From NCBI GenBank assembly GCA_963555985.3, contig OY820591.1, positions 192,001 to 256,000 of the forward strand: a DNA stretch of 64,000 nucleotides, in the 5' to 3' direction. This document shows positions 50,957-60,877 of this stretch, one piece after another; within the stretch, counting starts at the first letter, position 1; every line of letters starts with the position of its first letter. Source of the stretch: Dehalococcoidia bacterium. GTDB taxonomy: Bacteria; Chloroflexota; Dehalococcoidia; Bin125. The position numbers and the translations under genes are program-made. The notes beneath the pieces were generated by a model. The model ran no database searches. It saw only the letters and a list, made by a program, of their open reading frames with translations, and was not told the origin of the DNA.

Positions 50957-52342
50957 CTAGGTAACCAACTCCGGCCGCTGAAGATGCCAATCCGTCGACT
51001 GCTCATACGCATGAGCCACCCGACAAACCGTCGCCTCATCGAAGTGCCGACCGCCGATCATCAATCCAATCGGCAGACCATTCCGGTCGTACCCACAGGG
51101 AATGCTGATCGCCGGAATGCCCGTCACGTCGTAGGGGGCGGTGAGGCGAGCGAGTTCGGCGGTGTCGTCGCCGTCAACGATCGCTGGCGCGGTGCGTGAG
51201 CACGTCGGCGAGACCAGTACGTCCACCTCTCGCAGCACCTCCACCGTTTCGTCGATGAACCTGCGCCGCAGGCGCTGGTCGTTGATGTAATCGACCGCTG
51301 TGACTGAGAGTCCGGCTTCGACTCGTGGCAAAATGTCGCCGTACTCGTCGCGGCGTTCGCGCAGCCACTTGGCGTGGTAGGCGGCGGCTTCGGCGATGAT
51401 CGTCAGCCCGCGCGGACGATCCGTCTGTAGCGGCAGCTCCACCTCGGAGACAATCGCACCCATGCTGCGGAAGTGATCGACAGCCTCCTCGCAGTGCTGG
51501 ATCACGTCGTCCTCGCAGCCCGTCCAGAGCATCTGGCGGGGAATCCCGATCCGGATCCCGTCCACGCCCTCGGTGAGCGTCTCGGTGGCGTCATCTACCG
51601 GAACATCGGCGCTGCCCGGATCGATCGGGTCATAGCCGGCGATCGCGTTGAGCACGAGTCCCGCGTCCTCAACCGTCTTGGTCAGCGGCCCCACGTGATC
51701 GAGCGTCCAGGACAACGGCAGCACGCCCGTCCTCGAGACCCGCCCATAGGTGCCCATCAACCCCGTCACCCCGCAAAGTGATGCCGGAATGCGGATGCTG
51801 CCGCCGGTGTCCGACCCGAGCGCGCCCAGACTCGACCCCACCGCCACCGACGCGCCCGAGCCGCCGCTGCTGCCACCGGGCACGCGCTCCGTATCCCAGG
51901 GATTGCAGACCGCCCCGTAGTGTGGATTGCGGCTAGTGGTGCCGAAGGCGAACTCGTGCAGGTTGAGCTTGCCCGGCATCACCGCGCCGGCCGCCTTGAG
52001 CTTGGTGTAGACGGTCGCGTCGGCATCGGGAATGCGCTCGCGCAGGAAGCCGGAGCCGCCCGTGGTCGCGATCCCAGCCGTATCGACCAGGTCTTTGAGC
52101 GCGATCGGAATCCCGTGCAGCGGGCCGAGCTCGCGCCCGTCTCGAAGCGCATCGTCGGCTGCGGCCGCCTGTTCCCGGGCCTGGTCGGCGGTGACGGTGA
52201 TGTAGGCGTTGAGCAGCGGCTCGGTCTCTTCCAGCCGCGAGAGCACCGATTCAGTCAACTCAACGGCCGTCATCGAGCCGTTGCGCAGCGCAGCGCCCGC
52301 TTCGACGATCGAGAGCTCGTGCGGTTGGCGGTGTTCGAGCAT
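50957..52342 (-). CDS. Amidase signature (GatA/AtzE-like) enzyme
   Basis: GIPIALKD, PGGSSGGS, GSDTGGSIRIP. Confidence 0.93.
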   Translation of the reverse strand: MLEHRQPHELSIVEAGAALRNGSMTAVELTESVLSRLEETEPLLNAYITVTADQAREQAAAADDALRDGRELGPLHGIPIALKDLVDTAGIATTGGSGFLRERIPDADATVYTKLKAAGAVMPGKLNLHEFAFGTTSRNPHYGAVCNPWDTERVPGGSSGGSGASVAVGSSLGALGSDTGGSIRIPASLCGVTGLMGTYGRVSRTGVLPLSWTLDHVGPLTKTVEDAGLVLNAIAGYDPIDPGSADVPVDDATETLTEGVDGIRIGIPRQMLWTGCEDDVIQHCEEAVDHFRSMGAIVSEVELPLQTDRPRGLTIIAEAAAYHAKWLRERRDEYGDILPRVEAGLSVTAVDYINDQRLRRRFIDETVEVLREVDVLVSPTCSRTAPAIVDGDDTAELARLTAPYDVTGIPAISIPCGYDRNGLPIGLMIGGRHFDEATVCRVAHAYEQSTDWHLQRPELVT

Positions 52343-52359
52343 GGTTCCGCGTCCTCTCC

Positions 52360-52554
52360 CTAGCCGCGATCGAAGCGCAGGCCGAAGGCCGGCTCAGTCT
52401 CACCCAGATCGATGAGTGTGTCCGTACTCAGTTCGTTCTTGAGCACCCGCGTCACGATTGGCAAGGCGCGCTCCAACTGCGCGTCGGTTGCGGTCGCGCC
52501 GAGCGCGTCGGCCAAGCGCCGCAGAGCGGCATGGGGCGATTCAGGGGTGGTCAT
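52360..52554 (-). CDS. Small AtzG/GatC-like amidase partner
   Basis: 64 aa helical protein ending ETEPAF, immediately upstream of the amidase; GGAGG RBS. Confidence 0.6.
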   Translation of the reverse strand: MTTPESPHAALRRLADALGATATDAQLERALPIVTRVLKNELSTDTLIDLGETEPAFGLRFDRG

Positions 52555-52634
52555 CTCCGCCTCCCGTCAGCGGAGCGAGTATAGGTGGGGGCGGCCTCTA
52601 TGCTGCCTGAGGAACGCAGGAGAAGGAGTGTCCA

Positions 52635-53423
52635 ATGGCCGATGAAGTCCTGTTCGATGTCTCCGAGCGCGTGGCCACGATCACGCTCAACCGCCCCGAC
52701 AAGATGAACACGATCAACCGAGCCTTGGGCTCACAGCTGATCGACGCGCTGGTCGAAGTCCGCAACAACGACGAGATCCGCAGCGCGATCATCACCGGCG
52801 CCGGCGACCGCGCCTTCTGCGCCGGCGCAGACCTGACCCAGGGCGACGGCCCCGCCGCCTCCGCCGGACCAGCCGGCCATTTCGAGCCGAACCCCGGCCC
52901 CCGCTTCGACGAGTTCGACGCGAAGAAGCCGCTGATCGCTGCGATCAACGGACACGCCCTCGGCGGCGGCTTCGAGATCGCCCTCGTCTGCGACCTCCGG
53001 ATCGGCGCGGAGAACGCCCGCGCCCGCCTCGGCCTGCCCGAGATCACCCTCGGCTTCTTCCCGCTCGCCGGCGGCCCCATGCGGCTCCCCCGCGCGATCC
53101 CACAGGCCTACGCCAACGAGATGCTCTACCTGGGCCGCCGACTCTCGATGCAAGAGGCGCTCCAGTGGGGCGTGATCTCGCGCCTCGTACCGCAAGAAGA
53201 ACTGCTCCCGACCGCCCAGGAGATGGCCGCCCAACTCGCCGGCTACGCCCCAATCGCCGTCCGAGCGATGAAAGAACTGATCAACGCCCAGGGCGACATG
53301 ACCCTCGCCCAGGCCAACCGCTTCGGCGGAAGCCTGCGCTGGATCGTCGGCCAAACCGAAGACTCAAAGGAAGGCCCCCGAGCCTTCGCCGAGCGCCGCC
53401 AACCCGACTTCAAGGGCAAGTGA
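52635..53423 (+). CDS. Enoyl-CoA hydratase/isomerase
   Basis: TLNRPDKMN, AFCAGADL, GGGFE, GLPE, EGPRAFAERR. Confidence 0.93.
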   Translation: MADEVLFDVSERVATITLNRPDKMNTINRALGSQLIDALVEVRNNDEIRSAIITGAGDRAFCAGADLTQGDGPAASAGPAGHFEPNPGPRFDEFDAKKPLIAAINGHALGGGFEIALVCDLRIGAENARARLGLPEITLGFFPLAGGPMRLPRAIPQAYANEMLYLGRRLSMQEALQWGVISRLVPQEELLPTAQEMAAQLAGYAPIAVRAMKELINAQGDMTLAQANRFGGSLRWIVGQTEDSKEGPRAFAERRQPDFKGK

Positions 53424-53479
53424 GTCCAGACTATGTACCGTTGCCATTGAACGATCTGACAACGATCGGGGACAGCGCC

Positions 53480-53779
53480 ATGACGACCACCGATGGAGGG
53501 GAACTGACGATTCATTTCGGAAGTTCCCTTGGACAACGACTACAGGCGGCAGCTCAGCGCAGAGGAGTTGGTGTAGGCCAATACTGCACCGACGCCATTG
53601 AGCGCGAACTGATGAGGGACGAAACGGATACTCAAGAACCGACTGGGAAGTCCTATGACTTCGACAGCCTATTTGCTTTCTGCGACGAGCTGCTCGGCGG
53701 TCGCAGATTCAGCAAGACTGGTTTGGAATATCTGCACGATGCTCGTGAGATTCGAGCAAAGCAGATGAAGGAGTGGTAG
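53480..53779 (+). CDS. Putative RHH-type antitoxin
   Basis: LTIHF...RLQAAAQRRGV..QY...AIE ribbon-helix-helix-like; overlaps the PIN gene. Confidence 0.65.
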   Translation: MTTTDGGELTIHFGSSLGQRLQAAAQRRGVGVGQYCTDAIERELMRDETDTQEPTGKSYDFDSLFAFCDELLGGRRFSKTGLEYLHDAREIRAKQMKEW

Positions 53780-54222
53780 TGGACGAGGCTGTGGTCATTG
53801 ACACCAGCTTGGCGTTCAAGTGGTTCGTTCTGGAGGAAGATTCAGATCGAGCCCGCGCGCTCGGCCGACGCTGGTCGGCGAGCGCAGTGCGAATAGCGGC
53901 TCCCCACCTCCTGTTGGCGGAGATGTCGAATGCCTTACACCGCATGGTCGTTGAAGACGATTTCTCAGTGCGGGATGCCGCATCCCTCCTCGGTCAGGTG
54001 TCCGCATTGGACTTGGAGCTATATCACTCCTTCCCGTTGTATCCGCGAGCGTTAGAACTTGCCTCGACGCTTGCCCAGGGAGCTGTCTATGACTGCGTGT
54101 TTCTTGCCTTGGCAGAATCGCTCGACTGCGAACTCTGGACCGCCGACGCTCGCTTCTATCGCGCAGCACGTGAGCGACACCCTCGTGTCCGCCTGCTCAC
54201 CGAATTCGACCCTCTAGCCTGA
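53773..54222 (+). CDS. PIN-domain (VapC) toxin
   Basis: VIDTSLAFKWF..EE, AP.LL.AE.SNAL, VYDCVFLALAE, LWTADARF. Confidence 0.9.
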   Translation: MVVDEAVVIDTSLAFKWFVLEEDSDRARALGRRWSASAVRIAAPHLLLAEMSNALHRMVVEDDFSVRDAASLLGQVSALDLELYHSFPLYPRALELASTLAQGAVYDCVFLALAESLDCELWTADARFYRAARERHPRVRLLTEFDPLA

Positions 54223-54249
54223 GACCCCACGCACGACAGGACCAGACCC

Positions 54250-54840
54250 ATGCGAAGCCAGGAATCCCTCAACGAACTCCGCTACCTCCGACGCATCCAA
54301 GAGGAAGTCGAAGACCAGTGGCGCGCCCCGAGACCCGACCTCGACCGCCTCCACCGCACGATGGCCCTGCTCCACACCAGCCACGGCCTGGTCTGGAAGT
54401 CCCACGGCTGCTCCGGCTCCGGCGAGCACGACCCCTTCGCCAGCGAGATCGTCGACCTGGCGCTGCGAGTCGAACGCCAGAAGCAACACGGCGCCTACCG
54501 AGCCTTCAACACCTTCGAAGAGTGGCGCTGCGAAGCCTGTAGCTGGGATCACAAAGCCCTCTACACCCAATGGGCCAGCCACGCCCGCGACGGCGACGAG
54601 TTCCGCCCCCTCGATGCAATCGACGCCCACCAAGTCGTCCACCAAGTCAAGACCGAGGGAGTCGCCCAGCCCCTACCCGAGGCAGTCGAGCTGAGAGATC
54701 AAGCCGCCCAAATCCGTCTGGAGGCAAACGCGCGGATCGCGGAGCGGCTCGAACACTGGACTGCCGAAGGCCTGCTTAGCAACAACGTCGAAACCCGCTA
54801 CCGCTCCGAACTCACCGCCCCAACTCCCGTTCCCGCCTGA
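54250..54840 (+). CDS. Hypothetical protein with His/Cys clusters
   Basis: Native codon usage, AGGA RBS; HGC...H and CEAC..DH. Confidence 0.7.
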   Translation: MRSQESLNELRYLRRIQEEVEDQWRAPRPDLDRLHRTMALLHTSHGLVWKSHGCSGSGEHDPFASEIVDLALRVERQKQHGAYRAFNTFEEWRCEACSWDHKALYTQWASHARDGDEFRPLDAIDAHQVVHQVKTEGVAQPLPEAVELRDQAAQIRLEANARIAERLEHWTAEGLLSNNVETRYRSELTAPTPVPA

Positions 54841-54846
54841 TTCGAC

Positions 54847-55110
54847 CTAATCAGCGACCAGTTCGCACCGATCCGCGAGTTGCGACGGCATCATCGACGC
54901 AAGTACGTCCCTGAGCCGCTCGCTATCGGGAAGCCCACGTAGGTCAAGTTGGTCGTCAATGCCGATGAATTCGACGCCCAACACCTGGTGATTCTCATCG
55001 AAGTCGACGAGCCGGTCGGCCTCAAACGCCTTGGTCTTGGCGATCTTCCCCTCTCGCAGGCGCACGTAAAGAATGTCGCCAACATCGTTGATCTTGACTG
55101 ATTCGGACAT
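54847..55110 (-). CDS. DUF2283-family protein (orphan antitoxin-like)
   Basis: DILYVRL...I..T.....LVDFD....VLGVEF. Confidence 0.8.
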   Translation of the reverse strand: MSESVKINDVGDILYVRLREGKIAKTKAFEADRLVDFDENHQVLGVEFIGIDDQLDLRGLPDSERLRDVLASMMPSQLADRCELVAD

Positions 55111-55197
55111 GATCGACTCCATCATTCACCATGCCACGCCACGATCACCGCAACAGGCGGAATCAGCGTATACAGCGCGCCCCTTATCCTGACCACC

Positions 55198-56385
55198 ATG
55201 ACCTACCTCCCACTCGACCACCTCTTCGTCCTCGACCTCACCCGCGCCCGCGCCGGACCCACCGCCACCCGACAGCTCGGCGACTGGGGCGCCGACGTGC
55301 TCAAGGTCGAACAGCCCGCCGTCCCCGGACAACCCGAAGGCGTCACCGGAGCCCGCGAGTCCTCCGACTTCCTCAACCTCCACCGCAACAAGCGCTCCCT
55401 CACGCTCAACCTCAAAGAGCCCGAGGCCGTCGAAATCTTCCTCACCCTCGTCGAGCGCGCCGATGTCGTCGTCGAGAACTACCGCGCCGACGTCAAGCGA
55501 CGCCTCGGCATCGACTACGACGCCTGCCGCGCCCGCAACGCGCGCATCGTCTACGGCAGCATCTCCGGCTTCGGCCAGGACGGACCCTATGCCTGGCGCG
55601 CCGGCGTCGACCAGATCGCACAGGGACTCGGCGGCATCATGTCCGTCAACGGACTCCCCGGCGGCGGACCCGTCCGCGTCGGCATCCCGATCGCCGACCT
55701 CACCGCCGGCAACTTCCTCGCCCAGGCCATCCTGATCGCCCTGCTCGAGCGCGAGCGCTCCGGCGAAGGCCAGTGGGTCCACACCTCCCTGCTTGAGGCC
55801 CAGATCGCCATGCTCGACCTCCAGGCCACCCGCTGGACGATCGACGGCGAAGTCCCGCCCCAGGCCGGCAACGACCATCCCACCCTCATGCCCACCGGCG
55901 TCTACGAGACCGCCGACGGACACATCAACATCGCCGCCTCCGGCGGCGTCATGTACACCCGCCTCTGCCGCGCCATCGGAGCCGAGGAACTCCTCGACCA
56001 CCCCGACTACGCCTCCTCAGTCCGCCGCTCCAAGAACCGCGCCGCCCTCAACGAAGACATCAACAAACGCACCCGCACCAACACCTCCGAGCACTGGATC
56101 CAGTGCCTCAACGAAGCCGGAGTCCCCTGCGGACCGATCTACGACATCCCCGGCACCTTCGACGACGAACAGGTCAAACACCTCAACATCGCCCGCCAAG
56201 CTCCCCACCCCGAGCGCGGCGAGATCACCGTCGTCGGACAACCAATCAACCTCGCCCGAACCCCCCAACCCGAGAAAATGCGCCTCGGAACCCCCGCCCT
56301 CGGCCAACACAACCACGAGATCCTCACCGACCTCGGCTACAGCGACGCAGCAATCGCTGACCTGCGCGAACGCGGCGTCATCTGA
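55198..56385 (+). CDS. CaiB/BaiF family CoA-transferase
   Basis: VLDLTRARAGP, GADVLKVE, RNKRSL, VENYR, GIPIADL. Confidence 0.94.
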   Translation: MTYLPLDHLFVLDLTRARAGPTATRQLGDWGADVLKVEQPAVPGQPEGVTGARESSDFLNLHRNKRSLTLNLKEPEAVEIFLTLVERADVVVENYRADVKRRLGIDYDACRARNARIVYGSISGFGQDGPYAWRAGVDQIAQGLGGIMSVNGLPGGGPVRVGIPIADLTAGNFLAQAILIALLERERSGEGQWVHTSLLEAQIAMLDLQATRWTIDGEVPPQAGNDHPTLMPTGVYETADGHINIAASGGVMYTRLCRAIGAEELLDHPDYASSVRRSKNRAALNEDINKRTRTNTSEHWIQCLNEAGVPCGPIYDIPGTFDDEQVKHLNIARQAPHPERGEITVVGQPINLARTPQPEKMRLGTPALGQHNHEILTDLGYSDAAIADLRERGVI

Positions 56386-56405
56386 ACTCCCCTCCCCCTC
56401 TGGTC

Positions 56406-56439
56406 CCCTCTCCCTTGAGGGAGAGGGTTAGGGTGAGGG
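56406..56439. repeat. CCCTCTCCC-N4-GGGAGAGGG palindromic repeat
   Basis: ccctctcccttgagggagagggttagggtgaggg. Confidence 0.7.
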
Positions 56440-56460
56440 TGGAAACACAGGAGTAACACC

Positions 56461-57267
56461 ATGAAACACCACATCCCCCTCGAAACCGACAAGATGCTCG
56501 CCTGGTCCGAGGACGGCATCGGCTGGATGGTCTTCAACAACCCCCAAAAACTCAACGCCATGGGCGTCGCCATGAACGCCGCTATCCCCACGATCATGCA
56601 CACCTTCCGCGACGACCCCGACGTGCGCGTCGTCGTCATGAAGGGCGCCGGCGACCGCGCCTTCGTCTCCGGCGCCGACATCTCCGAGTTTGAGTCCCGC
56701 CGCTCCGACCCCGAAACCATCGCCAAATACGACCAAATCGGCGCCGCCGCCGGACGCGCCTACGGCGAACTCGACAAACCCATCATCGCCATGATCCAGG
56801 GCTACTGCATGGGCGGCGGACTGCTCACCGCCCTCCGCGCCGACCTCCGCATCGCCTCCGACGACTCCCAGTTCGGCGTCCCCGCCGCCCGCCTCGGCCT
56901 CGGCTACGGCTACGGCGGAGTCAAAACCCTCGTCGACCTCGTCGGCTTCGCCGCCGCCCAGGAAATCCTCCTCACCGGCAAACGCTTCCCCGCCGCCGAC
57001 GCCGCCCGCTGGAACCTCATCAACCGCGTCACCACCCGCGAAGACCTCGAACCCACCGTCCAAGACCTCGCCGCCGCCATCGCCCAAAACGCCCCCATGA
57101 CCATCAGAGCCATCCGCCATGCCATCCAAGAAATCCCCAAAGACCCCGACCAACGAGACATGGCCAAAGTCGAAGCCCTAGTCCAAGCCTGCTTCGCCTC
57201 AGAAGACTACAAAGAAGGCCGCCGAGCCTTCATGGAGAAACGCCGCCCCGCCTTCCGCGGTACCTGA
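56461..57267 (+). CDS. Enoyl-CoA hydratase/isomerase
   Basis: FNNPQKLNA, AFVSGADISEF, GYCMGGG, SEDYKEGRRAFMEKR. Confidence 0.93.
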   Translation: MKHHIPLETDKMLAWSEDGIGWMVFNNPQKLNAMGVAMNAAIPTIMHTFRDDPDVRVVVMKGAGDRAFVSGADISEFESRRSDPETIAKYDQIGAAAGRAYGELDKPIIAMIQGYCMGGGLLTALRADLRIASDDSQFGVPAARLGLGYGYGGVKTLVDLVGFAAAQEILLTGKRFPAADAARWNLINRVTTREDLEPTVQDLAAAIAQNAPMTIRAIRHAIQEIPKDPDQRDMAKVEALVQACFASEDYKEGRRAFMEKRRPAFRGT

Positions 57268-57333
57268 AAGAGTGCGCCAGATGTGCTAAAGTGGCCTCAA
57301 GAGCGCACACATGCGCGATGTTTGGAGTGAAAG

Positions 57334-58092
57334 ATGGCCACCCAACGCACTCTGATGCCGCTCGATTCTCCCACGGCCAACAAGCGAATTTCGCGCAAGA
57401 GGCCGGATGGCGAAGCGACGACCGATCTCGTCGTGTCGGCGCATGTCGGCTCAAACGCCGATGTGTTCCCGGAAGTGCTCGAACTCCACGTGCCGCAAGG
57501 TTCACGAGTCGCCGACGTGACCTACGGCAAAGGCGTGTTCTGGCGCAACATCGCCACGAGTGACTACGAGCTGTTCCCTTCCGATATCTCCGATGGCGTC
57601 GATTGTCGCAATCTCCCCTATGAGGATTCGTCGTTCGATGCAGTGGTCTTCGATCCGCCTTACATGGAGGGCTTCTTTCGGAACGGCAACTCCGAGAAGG
57701 CTGGGGCGGGAACACACGGCGCGTTCCGCAACCACTACTCCAACGGAGACGAGGTCCCCGCCACTGGCAGAGGCAAGTGGCACGCCGCCGTCCTGGACCT
57801 CTATTTCGACGGCGGACGCGAGGCGCATCGCATACTCCGCGACAAGGGCGTCCTGATCGTCAAATGCCAAGATGAGGTCAGCGCAAACCGGCAGAACCTC
57901 ACGCACGTCGAGATCATCAACGAATACGAGCGCATAGGGTTCTACTGCAAGGATCTGTTCGTCGTCGTCCGCACCAATCGCCCCGGCATGAGCCGCGTGC
58001 TGAAACAGGTTCACGCACGCAAGAACCACTCCTACTTCCTCGTCTTCGTCAAGGTTCCGTCTGGTAAGACCGTGGCTCAGATGCGATCCTGA
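57334..58092 (+). CDS. Compact amino (N6A/N4C) DNA methyltransferase
   Basis: Motif I DVTYGKG followed by motif IV DPPY; 252 aa. Confidence 0.85.
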   Translation: MATQRTLMPLDSPTANKRISRKRPDGEATTDLVVSAHVGSNADVFPEVLELHVPQGSRVADVTYGKGVFWRNIATSDYELFPSDISDGVDCRNLPYEDSSFDAVVFDPPYMEGFFRNGNSEKAGAGTHGAFRNHYSNGDEVPATGRGKWHAAVLDLYFDGGREAHRILRDKGVLIVKCQDEVSANRQNLTHVEIINEYERIGFYCKDLFVVVRTNRPGMSRVLKQVHARKNHSYFLVFVKVPSGKTVAQMRS

Positions 58093-58676
58093 ATGAGCTC
58101 GTTCATCAGCGTGAACGGCTCTTCGGAAAACGGTGGCTGAGGTGGCCAAGTGACCGTCACCAGAGTCGCGAGCAGGTGCTGTCGCTGGTATTCGCTGTAG
58201 TTACGGTATCTACTCCTGGGAAGATCATCGTTCTTCGCAAAGACGAACCGCCATTCATCCTGAAACGCGAACACATTCACGGCCAGAATATCGAAACTGC
58301 CCACTTGCAAACAGGTAGTTGCAACAGTGCTGCCGTCGGGGAGTGTAATAGGACGTCGGTCACTGGCATCAACTTGCGCCTTGCCCGTCCAGATGTCGTC
58401 CTGGTGTCGAATGGATGCGGTCTGCAAAGACTTCGACTCGAACACGAACTCATGGCCCTTGTACCGGACGGTCCGGTCGCCGTGTTTGCTGCGGTCGTGG
58501 TCATCGGCCTTGTAGAGATCAGAGAAGTCAGGCCCGCTGAGCCAGAGCTTCTCCAGCTTCAGCTCAGCCAGATAGCCGAGGATCATCCCACGCAGGCTGG
58601 GATTGTTGTCCACCACTTCGGTGAGCTCTTCAGCCGTGATGTCCCACCGCTCAAGGATCGTGTCATGGGAGCTCAT
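58077..58676 (-). CDS. Putative type II restriction endonuclease (PD-(D/E)XK)
   Basis: GYLAE, DDHDR..HGD, ESKSLQ; convergent with the MTase, 16-nt overlap. Confidence 0.75.
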   Translation of the reverse strand: MSSHDTILERWDITAEELTEVVDNNPSLRGMILGYLAELKLEKLWLSGPDFSDLYKADDHDRSKHGDRTVRYKGHEFVFESKSLQTASIRHQDDIWTGKAQVDASDRRPITLPDGSTVATTCLQVGSFDILAVNVFAFQDEWRFVFAKNDDLPRSRYRNYSEYQRQHLLATLVTVTWPPQPPFSEEPFTLMNELIQDRI

Positions 58677-58685
58677 GCGGGAACC

Positions 58686-59786
58686 TTACTCAATCACCCG
58701 GAGGTTGGGGGTTCTTTTCGATACATATGGCGGAGGTTCAATGGGGTGGTCAACCACCAGATCGAAGCCGAATGTCATGTCATTGAGGTCTCGAACTTGG
58801 ATTGATAGTGCATTTGCGATGGCAGCCGGCGTGATGTTCATATCAGCGCAGGCATGGAGAATCTTGTCGATGACTTGAGAGCGTTCGGGAGGGAGCGAGT
58901 TTGGTTCGTCAGTGCGGTACCCCCGTCGGCTGATGTCGATGAAGAGAGCACGATATTGCCATTCGGACAAAACGTTCAGCTTGAACAGTCGGCGGGTTAG
59001 AGCAGGTAACGAAACTCCCCACCGTCGTTTGAGCCTGATGAGCGCGGGAAGCGTGGGAGCGGGTGGAGCGTACGCGATGACATCTCCTTCAGGCATCATG
59101 AACGCTGCGGCAAAGTCGTTTGCTTCTTGCTCTGCTTGCTTGCCATGCGCTTTGCTGCTGCTATGCATGGTGAGGTGACCGAGTTCGTGCGCAATGTCGA
59201 AACGGCTGCGTTCTGTCGATTTGCTGCGGTTTAGCAAGATGAATGGTTGGGAGTCGAGCCAGAATGAGTACGCGTCGACATCGGCAAGTTCACGCGGCAA
59301 AGAGAACACCCGCACACCGTGCCTTTCGGCAAGATCGATCGTGTGTCCTATAGGAGCTTGGCTGAGTCCCCATTCATGCCGCAAGGCGTCAGCTGCTAAC
59401 TCTGGTGCCGTGTCGGAGAACTGCGGTACGTTCAGCGTTGGGATCACGAAGCGCTCGTCGATCCAGCGAGAGAAATCCACGGCGGTAGCGGCGAAGCTCA
59501 AGGCTTGGTCGCGGGAGCGAGCAGACATTCTGCTGACGGCACGAAAGCTGGCCGCCTCAACGGCGGGACTGTCTAGGTCGTCCTGCGCGAAGAACGATTC
59601 AGGGAAATCGAGAGTGGCGGCGATGCGGCTGAGCGTTTCTTGGCGTGGTAGCTGCGCTCCGCGCTCGTATTGCGTGATCGTTCGCGGTGCGAGGTCTACT
59701 GCCATCGCGAGGCCGACCTTGGTCATACCTCGTCTCTGTCGGGCGAGGGTGAGTCGGCCGGGGTTGAAGGAGTCGAGGTGTCCCAT
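58686..59786 (-). CDS. XRE-HTH + ImmA/IrrE Zn-metallopeptidase (RmrA-like antitoxin)
   Basis: FNPGRLTLARQRRG HTH; ERSRFDIAHELGHL (HExxH), EQEANDFAAAFMMP. Confidence 0.9.
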   Translation of the reverse strand: MGHLDSFNPGRLTLARQRRGMTKVGLAMAVDLAPRTITQYERGAQLPRQETLSRIAATLDFPESFFAQDDLDSPAVEAASFRAVSRMSARSRDQALSFAATAVDFSRWIDERFVIPTLNVPQFSDTAPELAADALRHEWGLSQAPIGHTIDLAERHGVRVFSLPRELADVDAYSFWLDSQPFILLNRSKSTERSRFDIAHELGHLTMHSSSKAHGKQAEQEANDFAAAFMMPEGDVIAYAPPAPTLPALIRLKRRWGVSLPALTRRLFKLNVLSEWQYRALFIDISRRGYRTDEPNSLPPERSQVIDKILHACADMNITPAAIANALSIQVRDLNDMTFGFDLVVDHPIEPPPYVSKRTPNLRVIE

Positions 59787-60469
59787 TCCGTCTTCCTCCT
59801 CACCGGAATGTCAATACGTGCAGGATATCCCCAATCTTGCGCCGATGGCGAAAGAGAAATCGGATCGCTGGCACGAAGGGAGTCGGTCAGAATCAGACGA
59901 TGTGTCCAGACCGAAACGTGCCCTTGAGTGTCGAAACCCGCTGGCTGCGATAGTTCTGCGCGAGCGGCATAAGTGCTCGAGTCAATCCGGATGAGCAGAA
60001 TCCAGGTTTCGCGCTTCGGCGGATCGAACGCTGGTGAGACCTGGGAAAATGTGCCTTGGCGCTGATTCTGTTCAACCGCGCGGCGTGTTCCCCTGCCCTT
60101 AGCGGCACGAGTTCGAGGATCTGCGTCCAGATAGGGATGCCCTGTCGGTCTGTCGCCATTGGCCACCATTACCGCGATTTCACGGGTGGGATGAAGCGCA
60201 AGTGCTTGATTCTTCTCGTTGACAATTCTCCATTTCCGCCGTCGGAGTAATCGACGCAACTCAGTGATCGCAGCATCGTGAACGGCGGTCCCTTGTGCGG
60301 TAGGCGGGTGGTCAGGCGTCCATTCGGATCTTGCCACTTGAGCAGCCCAGACAGCTCTGACCAGCTCCTCTATCGTGAGATCGAGTGTGGCGAGATACGC
60401 AGTCACCTCGCGCGGAGCCGTAACGATGATCGGAAGCTCAGGCTGGCGCGGTTGAAACGAGGATTTCAT
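59723..60469 (-). CDS. Putative RosmerTA-like toxin (RmrT-like)
   Basis: Upstream of HTH-IrrE gene; W.LL...AELS.P...W..R.IL and DIPVRRK pattern seen in partners of HTH-IrrE genes; GGAGG RBS. Confidence 0.65.
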   Translation of the reverse strand: MKSSFQPRQPELPIIVTAPREVTAYLATLDLTIEELVRAVWAAQVARSEWTPDHPPTAQGTAVHDAAITELRRLLRRRKWRIVNEKNQALALHPTREIAVMVANGDRPTGHPYLDADPRTRAAKGRGTRRAVEQNQRQGTFSQVSPAFDPPKRETWILLIRIDSSTYAARAELSQPAGFDTQGHVSVWTHRLILTDSLRASDPISLSPSAQDWGYPARIDIPVRRKTEWDTSTPSTPADSPSPDRDEV

Positions 60470-60480
60470 CGGGCCCCTCC

Positions 60481-60505
60481 TTTGACATCATCATATCACG
60501 TCAAA
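60481..60505 (-). promoter_or_regulatory. Palindromic operator overlapping an extended -10 (TGnTATGAT)
   Basis: TTTGACATCAT-cat-ATCACGTCAAA, 9/11 inverted match, just upstream of the RBS of 60469. Confidence 0.6.
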
Positions 60506-60624
60506 AATGAGGATGATTGTCTTTCACGCCGATCACGACGGACCCGGCGCGTTCGGATATTCCGCGATCGGACGCCACGAAGGAGGAGACTTCTGTGGCG
60601 TCGCCAACGTGATCGAGCGAAGCC

Positions 60625-60833
60625 TCCGACAACCCCCACCCCTCTACGAAACCATGTAGAATAAATGCGCGAGCCGCCGACCGCGCACACGCCTCCCAAC
60701 CCCTACCCACGCAAAACCAGGACTCACCCAGAATCCCCCAGACAAATCGAGCAAAATCGAGCCAGAGCTGGACTCATCTAGACAAATCTGGACAAACCCG
60801 GACCACCTGAAGGCCAATTCCCATCCCACAACG
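60625..60833 (+). repeat. ~210-bp repeated element, copy 1 (internal 10-bp array 60741-60810)
   Basis: Shares aaacc[a/g]tgtagaataaatgcgcgagccg, cgcacacg, aaatcga, aattcc.a.cccacaacgc with 61838-62063. Confidence 0.8.
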
Positions 60834-60877
60834 CGCCGAGGAGCGCCGGACTACCCTGAACCGACAGGAGGCCCGCG

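Noticed and set aside
53424-54280. Duplicated start region around the second VapBC (ccagac..atg...aacga)
   Set aside because: Similarity too patchy to distinguish from chance
60571-60602. Hairpin gacgccac...gtggcgtc as island end or attachment site
   Set aside because: No matching copy at the left island boundary and no integrase; left unassigned
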